The translations under genes and the position numbers were made by a program. Below the pieces are notes generated by a model. That model saw only the letters and a program-made list of their open reading frames with translations, ran no database searches and had not been told where the DNA came from. Positions 18,081 through 29,640 of a DNA stretch of 64,000 nucleotides are shown piece after piece (the first letter of the stretch is position 1; each line of letters starts with the position of its first letter). Origin of the DNA: Tubiluchus corallicola (lineage: Eukaryota; Animalia; Priapulida); the NCBI GenBank assembly GCA_030141605.1, contig JAQGDQ010000065.1:620001-684000 (forward strand). Reading direction: 5' to 3'.

Positions 18081-18483
18081 GCAGTTACGTGTGGTGACGA
18101 AGTTGATAGGGCTTACGGACTACAAAATATATCTTCTAGTAATAGTATGCTGCATCATTTCATCTAGAGCTGCAAAGTCTCGAGAAAATGAAGGAAAAAC
18201 GTGTTCAAAAGTCTGCGACAACGTGCAGTCTGCCCAGGAACGAGCCACATGTTCTCTCTGTCACGCTCGCGTACCTATGCGTTGGGGAAAACGTTCAGAA
18301 AATTCGAATAAGTTGGCCACTTCGTCGAACCTTCTATCTCTGATTCTGCCACTCCATGGCAAGCTAATGACTAAGAATAGATTAGGAAAAGAAAAATCTA
18401 GTTGGAAGATGACGTCTAATAGAATACATTCAGTGTCGAATTTAGTACTTCCTCTTCGAAAGCAAGTATTAATAAGACAGTAA
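18081..18483 (+). CDS. Coding exon of a putative Cys-rich RWamide (CCRFamide-like) neuropeptide precursor
   Basis: Acceptor TTTTTTGCAG ending 18080; open frame to TAA at 18481-18483; hydrophobic signal IYLLVIVCCIISSRA; C-X3-C-X11-C-X2-C; RVPMRW-GKR amidation and dibasic site at 18283-18294; no in-frame ATG before the signal peptide in this exon. Confidence 0.75.
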
Positions 18484-18600
18484 TGCTTAAACACTTTTGA
18501 TTACAGATAAAATCATGTTATTTTTAGTAACATGTTGCATTTTATTGATATTATAGTTGAGCTTATTATCTAACTCAAACAGTGTTTCACATGAATTGTA

Positions 18601-18606
18601 AATAAA
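18601..18606 (+). promoter_or_regulatory. Candidate polyadenylation signal of the neuropeptide gene
   Basis: AATAAA about 120 nt after the stop codon, following an AT-rich 3' UTR. Confidence 0.55.
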
Positions 18607-18719
18607 ATTTCGAGTTCCAAAAGCCTAGAAGATTTTCAGCAGGTTTCAGACATTTTCAGCAGATTGGACATTTTGGTATTTTTGTTTATTTCCGTTATAG
18701 TCCATGGGCAGTCAAGAAT

Positions 18720-20350
18720 CTGGCTCCTCATGTTATTTTTTGTTACTCAGTGGTTTTGGGGTGTTACGGGTCTGGGGTTTCAAAAAAGTAAGTGGCATTT
18801 TTTCAAACAATGTTCAAGGTTATTTGAAGGTCAATCAATATTATTTCAAGAAAAGTGCATGAAAGGGTGGTTCAAATCAATTTCACTTGGTACTGTCACA
18901 CCCAATTTTGAGGAAAGGCATGTTATGTTACTAGAAAGATGTCAGAGCTTATTTTCGTATCAAGGTCATGTTTTTTTTTTCTATGTAACATTAAGAAGAA
19001 TATAATTTATTTTAGAAAAAAGTATTATTTGGAGTATAAGCTAGCAATTTGTCTGTGTTTCACTCAAATGTCATGGAAAGTATCCGTGATTATATATTCG
19101 ACAACTCCTAAGAGCACTGATGCATTTCTCACGTCATGATCAAGGTCAAATAAACATAACGCATGCTCAGATGCATGAAATTTACAACGAACTCTATTGA
19201 AATTGGTAAGATAACCGTGATTTTGTTAAAGGTAAAATGAGAGTTCACCTCGACCAGTAGTGACCAAATTTATTATAAAGGTCAAAGTCACTACAATATC
19301 GTGTTTACTGAAATGAGGTATTGTTGAAATGGCATTATTTGCACTGTGGCTAAAATGACTGCAGCAAGAAATCGTTGAAATGAACAGAAGAGCAAAATGT
19401 ATCAAATGCTGAAATTGTTAGAAGAAGAAAAAGAAGAATGGTTTTATACCTAACTGTGTAGGGTATAGATGGGTACGGCATTTACAATCTGTAACCTTGG
19501 CACTCAAAATACTGCACAACTCCTCTACGCCGTGTGCCATGTCGAAATTTGTCAGGCCCAAGTATAAATAAGAGTTGTGAAATGGCAATTTGAAATGGAA
19601 GTGTTGATGTGATCATACTGTTTTGACTGTCCTTGCTGCTCAAGAATACTATGATCCAACTGGAGACGTGAAGAGCATATTAAAAACAGCCGTGCATTAA
19701 CATGAACAGGTATGATGAAATTAGTGGTGCGTGCGAACTTCAAACCACTAAAGGACGACTTTAAAGGGCTGTCAAAAAGTAAACAATCGTTTAACCTTTC
19801 GTCTATACCATTTGAGATGGGTTATTATGGGCAAGTAGATTTTTTTTATAATGGACCGCGTAAACAAGAATGTTTCGCTGTGTCTGATATTTGCTAGAGC
19901 ATCATGTAAGTTGACAAAACCAGCCGACGAACAGAGTTAACCAAAAGAAACTGCTAGATGATTCTGCTGGAAACAGTACTCGAAAAAGAGATATGCAGTT
20001 GGCATGCCTTTCAAACTACATATTATGACACCAAGCTGCATTTAAACCTATCCTCTGCTTTACCTGTCTGACTTCTATGCCTTTTCAGTTGTGGCAGGTT
20101 AACGGGTAAGACCCTAGGTCATATTTTCCACCTGTAGTTGGGTATGGATGGAGCGATCATGGTGATCCATAGCAGTCGCAACCTTATACCAAAAAAGTCA
20201 TGCAACTTTTTCCTGCAATTGTACAATTTTTTGTTTCACTTCGAGATGTACATGTACCAAGGTGAATCTAGTATCTACTAAGTTGTGCAGGTGTAATCTT
20301 CAGGTATACCGGGGTGAGAATCGGCGGATGAATCTGAAATAATGATAAAC
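18720..20350 (+). mobile_element. Highly degraded DNA-transposon remnant (possible CXC/Tesmin-like C-terminus)
   Basis: Repeated CAAGGTCA motifs at 18815-19290; broken peptides CSWHAF, PPVVGYGW and Cys-rich pieces; superfamily not assignable. Confidence 0.35.
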
Positions 20351-20629
20351 GTTGATTTTGACAGCGAAAGCGGTGACTGTCAAGTATAAATAGCTGTCAA
20401 ACGTTTCTTGTTGCTTTTCTTTTTATAATTTTGTTCGTTCTTGCATATAAATGTGTTAAATCTTGTAGATGCAAGCAACTCTGCAGTTCACTGTATATAT
20501 TCAGCCTTTGGCGTAATGGGGTATGTTCTCTTTAAGAATAATATATACCAGACAAACAAGCGCGTTAAACGTGACTGATTGTGTAATTGCTGAAATACAA
20601 AACACTAAAAGACAAACAGCATATAGAAA

Positions 20630-20702
20630 GAAGGGCAGACAGGCAGGCAGACAGACAGACAGACAGAAAGGCAGACAGACGGAATGACATACAAACAGAT
20701 AG

Positions 20703-20775
<73 letters not shown>

Positions 20776-20784
20776 GAGACAGAC

Positions 20785-20817
<33 letters not shown>

Positions 20818-20855
20818 CACAGACAGACAGACAGACACACAGACAGACAGACAGA
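20630..20855. repeat. (CAGA)n microsatellite
   Basis: Seen directly. Confidence 0.95.
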
Positions 20856-20857
20856 TA

Positions 20858-23630
20858 TAATAATAATAATAATAATAATAATAAATCTTTATTAAAGAAA
20901 TGAATATATATACACAAAGGTGCCTCTTTTTGCAGGCTCAGATCAACAAATTACATTTTCACATAACAAATCTTTTAAATCCAGTTTCACACTATGTACA
21001 ACGAATAACATTTTATACTTAAATTAGATATAATTTCAAACGAATCACAAGTATTATACAAACAAATTAACTTTACACAACTACATAATTTTTTTTTATA
21101 CTGGAGCGGGCCTAAATTAACAGTTACTTAGTATAAAATTGTCCCTGATCAGGTTAGTGAAAGCCATTATTAAATTTTTATCAGATTGAAGCATAATATT
21201 ACGTGTATAATTGGCATCAGCTATTTCCATGAACGGCATTCTTTTTGCATTATCTATTTTATTACATCTGAATAAAATGTGCTGAGGAGTTTGCTCTTCT
21301 TCTCCACATGGACATAAACTAGTATCACACATATTAAGTCTATACAAAAAGCTGTTAAAATTCCCCTGGCCAGTTAAAAAGGACATGGCAATGGATTCTA
21401 TTTTCCTTTCATTATTTCCAAGTGGCAAATTTAAGGTTGTACATTTTATATTCTGTATTTCAACATTATCTCCTCGAAATTGCATAACATGCCTATATTT
21501 AGTTGCCCAGGTATAAGAAACATAATCTGTAATTTGACGTTTGGTATAAATTAACATATTTTCAGGAATTTGTTCAAGATCTGTATTACGAAAGTTTTCA
21601 TTCCAGACAAATTTTAAAAAGTTTCTCACAGTCTGCACATTTGTATACATAATATTTTTATAAATATGTCTTCCTGTCAGACGTGTACTACCATACCGCA
21701 GAATCTGTTGTTTTACTAAATCATTAGCGCTCTGACATAATGTCTTAAGACATGATTTAACCACAATTACATTTAGTTCAATGTCTAACGGTGGAAGACC
21801 ACAAAGTAATTCCAATTTAGTACGATCTGGTTTAAAAGCCAACCCCGCAGAAACTTTCATTATATCATAGGTTATATCTTCAAATACAGTAAGTTTTTTA
21901 CCTAACCATACAATAGCACCATACAGTATAATCGGCAAAATAGTAGTTTATAAATATTTACAATGGTAGCAAGTCGCAAACCTGCATATTTACTGCAATT
22001 GTTTTTTACTTTCAACCATCTATACCATACCTTTTTATGAACATTGCCCGCGTGTTTAACAAATGTTAATTTCCGATCAACAGTTAGGCCTAATATTTTG
22101 CTGTCTTCAACAAACAATATTTCATTGTTACTAATTTTTAAATTGTCTGGCTTGTTATTTTCATCCCATGCCCCTACTAGCAATGCTTCTGTCTTACCAG
22201 GTAACGTATTTATCTTTAAACGCCATTTCTGGCACCATTTGTGAAGCACATCACAACAGCTTTGTGCAATTGTAACACAAGTTTGCGGGTCTGTATTTGA
22301 CACATGCAAAGATCCATCATCAACATACTTGTACTTTTTAACAGAGTCATACATATTATAAAACATATCTGCAATGAAAAATATAAACAGTATTGGGGCT
22401 ATAACTGACCCCTGTGGGAGTCCTAAATTGCATCGATATTGATCGGACATATAATCATTTATCTTTATGCAGATATTGCGATTTTGTAATATATATGCTA
22501 TAAGGCGTAACATAGACCCTCGTACATTTGCACAAATAAGTTTAAATAATAAACCTTCAACCCAAACACTGTCGAACGCTTTTTCGTAATCACAGCAAAT
22601 TGTTATACCGTATGCATTATTCAAAATGTCGTCTTCCATATCAGTAACTAATCTGGTTAAATAACGTACTGTATTTTTGCCTTTTATGTAGCCTTCTTGC
22701 TCTGTATCAATGCAGTTTAACTGAAAGAAATGATTTTTAAGTCTATTTGATATTAAACGCTCAACCAGTTTACCTACATACGAAGAAATGGTTATTGGAC
22801 GATAATTACTGGCATTTGAATAATCGATTTTGTTAGGTTTTTTTAGTGGAATTACTGTCGTGCACGTCCAAGGCCATAATTGATTTTCTAAGCACATATT
22901 TGCGATACGTAATACAATATTTTTTGCTACTGGCCCAAAATGTTTTATCATTTTTGGGTGAAACCCATCGGAGTCAAGCGACTTGCCTTCAGTTCGCACT
23001 TCACTTACTGCATTTTCTAATTCTTGTAAATTAAACCAGTTATTTAGACAAAAATTTTCGTTTGTTCCCAGTCCATAACTGATAATGAGCGTTCAATGTG
23101 ATTTTTCCAGTTTTCATCAAATTCTTCCGCGTTCATGTGTTCCCCACTAAAAAAGTCTTATATAATAAATCAGCACTATCCGAGGCCGAGACTACAGGTG
23201 AGCCATTACTAATTAATATATCAACACTATTATTATTATTGCTATTTACACCTTTAAAAATTTGTTTATATGTTTTCCAGAAGATGGCACCTTTTTCTAC
23301 ATTTAGTTTTTCTGTCTTGCTCTGTAGCCATCTATTCATAGCACTACTAAGTTCACTATCAAAGTTTTCTTTGTCAGTAATATAGATGAGTTTATTTTCG
23401 TAGCTTGAGTGTCTTTTGAACTTCTTCCTGCTGAGTCGAACAAGTCTTGATAACCGTGATAGCTCTGCAGTCCAGAACGGTTTACTGTGAGCACAGATAA
23501 CTTTACGTTTTAGAGCCAACATATTACTTTCGGCAATAGTTTCTCTAAACCAGTGCCACATACTAATGACGTCATTGGATAATAATAAGTTATTGAAGAC
23601 TACGTCGTTTGCCATCAAGCGCTCGTCTAA
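20858..23630 (-). mobile_element. 5'-truncated LINE (I/Jockey-group-like) with near-intact RT and C-terminal CCHC
   Basis: Consecutive frames 23133-23618, 21902-22999 (YRPITISS, DYEKAFDSV, GLPQGSVIAP, YVDD) and 21117-21938 (CPCGEEEQTPQHILFRC); (TTA)n tail at 20858-20883. Confidence 0.9.
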
Positions 23631-23649
23631 GTTACGTGACCATTACATA

Positions 23650-23700
23650 AGACAGACAGACAGACGGACGGACGGACGGACAGACAGACAGACAGACAGA
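23650..23700. repeat. (CAGA/CGGA)n microsatellite
   Basis: Seen directly. Confidence 0.9.
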
Positions 23701-24759
23701 AAAACGGATAGTTGGTAGCAGGTCAACTAAAAAAGATGGCGGAAATCCAGTAGTGCACTGAATGATCGAGCATAACGTGATGACGTCAATTCTAACGTTA
23801 TTATTATGTATTGATATAAAGATTACGTGTTTGTTCAGCATCACTGTTATTCTTTTATTTCGATGTGTTTGTCTTTTTGTTATATAACAAGTTGTTTTCA
23901 GAGATAATTGCTTTCTGTAGAATGTCACAGTTCTGCACAACTTCCCTCAACGAAAAAATCAAATATAGTCATATGATAAAATTTTGACATTTTTTAGATT
24001 TTATACCTTGAAATCATCTTGGCCTTGACAGAATGTAGAATAATACCAACAGGGTCTGTACCAGCTTTAGGCGTTGTTTATTCTTTGAAGTGTTCGTTTA
24101 GGACAGAAACAACGGCAGAATAATTTTTTGCACTTACAGTGCATCCTTTTATGGGCAGTGAGCCTTCAGCATCCAACTGCCCTTTCAGACTGAAATTTCT
24201 GGATCTTGTCGAACTAAGGATTATTGTGGATCGCCGACTCAAAAATTTTCTACCTCTTTGATCACATCATGATAATTTTTATCACCATTGCATGTGTGTA
24301 GCGCTACCATTAAATGCCCATCTACTGTGAGCTTCACCAATAACACTTGCCAAGGCAGAAATGTGCTCTCATAAAGTCATTTAAAAGATCATCAATAGGG
24401 GAGATTTGTTCTCCCTCTCTCCTAGACTGGCTACAGCGACTCGCCCTGAGATGCAAAAAGCATTGGCCGCACCTGTTTTGGCAATGGGTTGAGGACCAGG
24501 CTGGCTTTACATGCTCACTGGTTTCCAAGCAGTTGGTTCTTAGCTTGCAGACGAGTTTTAGGCGGCTCAAAAGAGATTTGCTTAGAGGAGCAATAAAGAA
24601 GGTAAGTAATAAGAATGCGAAGATTCTGTGAATGGGCTGAAGATAAATCAAAACTCATTAGCGACGTCCGCAAGCAGTTGATGGGGAATAGGGTAGCGAA
24701 GCCCTCAGAAGTCGAGATACTCAGATAGCCAGCCATCAGGTGTATCATGTCACATGACA

Positions 24760-25059
24760 GAGGTTTCATAAGGGGGGGGTACGACAGAGGGACGGGGCTT
24801 TTTGGTCGATGTCAAGCAGGTGACAAGGTGTGGACTCTCTGTCATACATTCTGAAGGTAGGATAGGAGCTAAACTTTCTATTGCTATCAGCGTAGATGAC
24901 TTCTGCGTAGTTGGATCAAGCCAACCTCTGAGACACAAACATCTACTTCACAGCGCGTATTTCGTAGTATGAGGTTGTTTTGGTATTTATGATTGCCATT
25001 CTTACCCAGCCTAGGCTCTAGTAGTTGGGGGTTAATTATTTGATTAATTGCCTAATTAG
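24760..25059. repeat. Unclassified interspersed repeat, copy B
   Basis: Matches 1685-1860 joined directly to 2340-2458. Confidence 0.8.
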
Positions 25060-25099
25060 CTTCCAATACTACCATTGTATAATAATAATACCATTATGC

Positions 25100-25720
25100 T
25101 CGTGAATTAACTTTGAATTTTTTTTAACTTGCATTGATTTTATTTTAGCAGATAATGAAGGATTGCCAAGCTCAAGAAGGCACAAATCGTTAGCTGTTGG
25201 TGCGCCTGACACCTAATATAGCTTTTATTGCTGATATGTACAAAAGTTCTGCAGGTTTTATACTTGAACACAGCCACGATTCGCAACTACAAAAAAAGCA
25301 TGGCAGATGCAAATGCAGCATCTATAATGTGGTTTTTTACGACACACGGAAAATCTACATTTTTATCCAGTAAGGCAAGAAATTTCAATAAATGACTACA
25401 CTTATTATCACAATGTTGTTCAATAGCAGATGAAAGTTTACCGTCTTGTGTAAAGACCGCCCCTAGATACACCTAATTATCACAATTGTTTACCTTCAAC
25501 TCAGTCACTGTAATGGGCAGCCTGTTGCCTACTTCCGCATTTATAGCTAGAAATTCGTCTTCTTCTTATTAATAATCATACCAGATGATTAGCAACATTC
25601 TAGTAAGTGTTTAACTTAACTGCTAACTGATCTCTCATAGTTTCAAATATGATAGTGTCGTCCATTAACATCAGTGAGTGTCCCACTGTAAATAATCATT
25701 ATCATCACATCTAGTCTTTT
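25100..25720 (-). mobile_element. Non-LTR RT fragment (degraded)
   Basis: LMLMDDTII and YLGAVFTQDGKL motifs on the minus strand. Confidence 0.65.
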
Positions 25721-26866
25721 TACATTCACACGTCTATGCGTTGGATTATCCTAGACAAGGAGCATCCTAGTGCGGATTAACAGCACTATACCAACAAAAG
25801 CCAAACATTAGCTTTTAGGTTTTATATTTAGAAAGGTATAATTTAAGAACAGGCCACCGTAAAGCTTATTCACGATTAATTATGTGGAATGGTTATTCAC
25901 GTAGGCCCAAGTATACTCTATTCACAGTGTCACCAGTCATCTACCCGCAGAGACCTGTTTGCGTGGGTAGATCCAGGCAAGCAGGTTGCTAAGGTAGAAG
26001 AAACCCGGTATCTCCAAGATACGGCATAAGGAGGCGTATTTCTCGACAAAACTTCTAACACCAGTGAGCCGACTGCTGTCAAGCAGCCTTGAATTGAATC
26101 TCGCGCTATTATATTATTAAAAAGAATGGCGCTTCACATTCGGTAGCCTGATAAATAAAATTTATGATAATAAATTTATTGTAATTGTGACCAAACAAAA
26201 TTATAAAGCCGGAAAACAACAAAACATCGGAATTTGTAGCCAGAAACAAAGCGGCTAATGGAAAAGTCTAGCAGGGACGCTCTAGTGGCGGCATTTCTTA
26301 ACGACTCTTGCCACCAATATTAGCATCATTTTTTCTTCAATTTTCTCCTCGTTCCATCAGCTTAAGCTGTGATCACAATTTCGCCTCACTCGTCAACGCC
26401 TGGGTATCGTAAAGAGAGGCAGAGGTGGATGATGACACTGAAGCTGCGATTACAGTGCAGAAACGTACTGTTTAATGTACTGCAGAAATGTACCAGTTTA
26501 AATGCTTGTTTTTTATAATTAGTTCTAATTACGTTATTTGTTCTTAGTGAATGGACATTTTCTGTAAATTTTATGCGACGTTTTATTGTTTCACAAAAAT
26601 CTCATGTGTCAGACAAGAAATGTCACACAAGCAGGTAGCCGTACAGTATATTACATTTCTAGACCTCTCGACACAATTAAGTAAATTTACTGACCTATTA
26701 TTTTAGATTTTAATTTGACGTGTCACATTAATAACATGTATCAGCATGACAGTCAAGACGTTCACATATGGCATGATCTGTGCATAAATAAATGAAATCA
26801 GAACAGAGGCTAGAAATAATAAACAAACTATTAGTAGCACGTGGCCCGTCTGCCCATTTATAATTA

Positions 26867-27526
26867 TAGTCAAACCTCGTTATACCGCCACCGTTATTAA
26901 CGCCAGCCGCGCCATAATGCTAACTATTACCCTGTCCCGATTTCCATATTATATTAAATATTGGAAATACCGCCAACCTTACTACCATTCGCCAACGTAT
27001 CTGCTGTGCAAAAAGTCCATTTTATAATATAGATTTACCCCCTTATAACGCCAGCCAAGATAAAGCACAATGAATTACTGCTTTGTCAAAACAATTATTT
27101 AACGGCTGTAAGAGCTATTTGATTCAAGGTCAAGTTATCTGGGGCAGCTATTTTATAGTATTAATTATCTAGTAATGTTACTTTTGGAGCGTGGGTAGGC
27201 TGTATGGCTGCATATTTCTCTTATCAGGAGACAGCGGTACAGATTCCTACTCCACACTGTTCCTAAAAGTTTTTCAATGCGGGGCGTAGAACTACCACCT
27301 GCATTATTTTTGTTAGTGAAGCAAAAATTTACAGTATAATACATGTATTGTAGTAGGTATAATAATATTATACTATTTATGATATATTAAAGTTAACAAG
27401 GAAACAAAATACAGATTACAGACTGGAATGACTTTGATATTTAATGACCATCGCCTTACTGCCAACCCCACTACAGCGCCATATTTAGTGGTGTCCCAGA
27501 CCTAGCGTTATAACGAAGTTTGACTG
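26867..27526. mobile_element. Tc1/mariner-pogo (Tigger-like) MITE
   Basis: TIRs TAGTCAAACCTCGTTATA / TATAACGAAGTTTGACTG, TA on the left flank (TC on the right), no coding capacity. Confidence 0.8.
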
Positions 27527-27694
27527 TCTAATTATAATTATAAGTTACGTGTTAAAACAGTGGTAATAAATTTACGTAGGTAAAGCACAAAGCTACACAT
27601 TGGAATAGAAGTTAAAACAGCAATTATAGAAAGCGTAAATAGAATTTCTTATAAATAAACTCTTTAAGCGAAATATTCGTTAAAAAAAGGTGCG

Positions 27695-27855
27695 CGCTAA
27701 AATGGCATAGGTAAAAATGGCACATGAAAACTGACAGACGAAAAAAATGGCACAAATGAACAAGAAGGTAAAAATGACACACAGGAAAAACTGCATAGGT
27801 AAAAATGGGACGGGAAAAATGGCACGAATGAAAAAGTAGGAAAAAATGGCACATA
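27695..27855 (+). repeat. Tandem AAAAATGGCAC-type subterminal array
   Basis: Several degenerate units; an inverted array (GTGCCATTTTT) lies at 29157-29243. Confidence 0.75.
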
Positions 27856-28144
27856 TGTTATTTTGATGCAGTTGATTTCTATAATAAAACTAGAATGCAC
27901 TCAGTAGGAAGCAGAACTCTGCCAAAGCTAAAAAATCCTGAATTTATTCTTTTTATTCTTTCGATTAAAAAACCTAAAACTAAGATAAACAAGCAAACAT
28001 ACAAAAATGTACCTGCATATAGACTAGCAAAATATTCTACAGTCATTACCATATATATATTATCTATAGACTGACAAAGTATTTTGTTCATTACATAGAA
28101 TTCTAATCAACCATTCCCCAATATTCCACATAGTGATCATCTAC

Positions 28145-28670
28145 CAGTGGCGGCTCATGGCTAAAATTAGAGTGTGTGCTGTAAAATTAAAATTTTTTAG
28201 CCATTGTTTTAATACGGTGTAAAACAAAACAAACATATGTAAATATTATGTTGTAGTTGTAATTTTAAAGAAACAAACTAATTTAAACATAACCTTGATA
28301 AACTGCTAAACAAAAAATATTGTTTTCTTATGAATAGTCTAAATTGCCGTAGTTCAAGGATGTGCCGATACAGCGGCTTTAAGCACGTGACAACTGACAA
28401 CATGTACTGCAGTGACGACAGTACTCTTTCTACCGAAATTACTGTGCCTTTTCTCAGACATGTACGCATGGCCGCATGCGCACAACAGCCAAACACCGTG
28501 TTGCTTGGGCTGTGAAGCAAATTGTACTTCCCTCACGTGCTCCGGTTCCGCACAAGTATAAAGAAATAACTAAAGAAAAAAGATTAATTATATTGAATAT
28601 TATCGATAATAATGAGTGAAAACAGGCAGTGCTGCAGTACTACAGTACCTATACACGAGCCACCACCATG
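28145..28670. mobile_element. hAT-like MITE, copy 1
   Basis: TIRs CAGTGGCGGCTCATG / CACGAGCCACCACCATG; imperfect 8-bp TSD TCATCTAC/ACATCTAT; homologous to 42470-43073. Confidence 0.8.
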
Positions 28671-29279
28671 ACATCTATCGTTCTTTAGCAATTAATTTTG
28701 GCGATGGCAATAGATTGACATATACACATTAATAAGCGGAGATGAAAGATAGCGTTTCACAGTTTTCCAAGCGAGAATTTCTCGAAGTGGAACCTGAAAC
28801 TAACTCGTAGATGTTTGTCCTCGCAGAGATAATAGAAAAGGTATTAAACACTCCCATGAGACCTCCATGAAGTCCTTCACAAATGTTTTTTACACGTAGT
28901 GTTTCGGTCAAGTTTTCCGAAAAAAGAACGGGTGAAAAACGGCCATTTTGGTGTCATGTACCTAACTTCTCCACAGGGTTTCGTGGAAACCTGTTAGGTA
29001 GTTTTGCGTAATAGGCTTACTGCTATAACAGACAAAAACAACCAACCAACCAAACAAACAAACAGCGTTGCAGCATAACTTCCTTGGCAGATGAAAAATA
29101 ACTAAATTAATTATCCCCCCACAGCAACCCTAATCCTAAACTCATATTTTACTAAACGTGCCATTTTTTCTGTGCCGTTTTATCATACCATTTTTCCTGT
29201 CCCATTTTACCTACTTTTCCATTTTTTCTTGTGCTATTTTTAGGCTAAAGCACTTACAGGGAAAGGCGTGTTGCTGTAC

Positions 29280-29640
29280 GCTTTATTTGTGTTTGCTGAG
29301 CGGGACAAAAGATTCGCATGTTTCAGCTGATCTTAGTGAACGACGAGGGATGTATTCGATAATCAGTTCTTTAAGATAAACTGGTGCAATGTCATTAAAA
29401 ATTTTGTAAAGTAACAACAACAACATTTTAAATTTTATTCTTTGCTCAATGGGTAACCAATGTAGTTTGCAAAGCGCCCGAGACATGGTCAAATTTCTTC
29501 GTTTTTGACATTAACCTGGCCGCGGTCTTTTTTATAATGACGGATGTTTATTTAAATTTTCTTCCGAAATTCTGTACGTTATGCTGTTACAATGATCTAG
29601 ATTTGATGGCATAAAAACATGAACTTATCTTATATCTAGT
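29280..29640 (-). mobile_element. L2-clade LINE 3' fragment
   Basis: LHWLPIEQRIKFK and APVYLKELI...PRRSLRS motifs. Confidence 0.8.

Noticed and set aside
18202-18294. Calling the peptide luqin or assigning a gene symbol
   Set aside because: The MRW-amide ending fits, but the cysteines precede the peptide and no C-terminal Cys pair exists; orthology needs a search
20501-20917. SVCL/DRQT repeat proteins
   Set aside because: Translations of the (CAGA)n microsatellite
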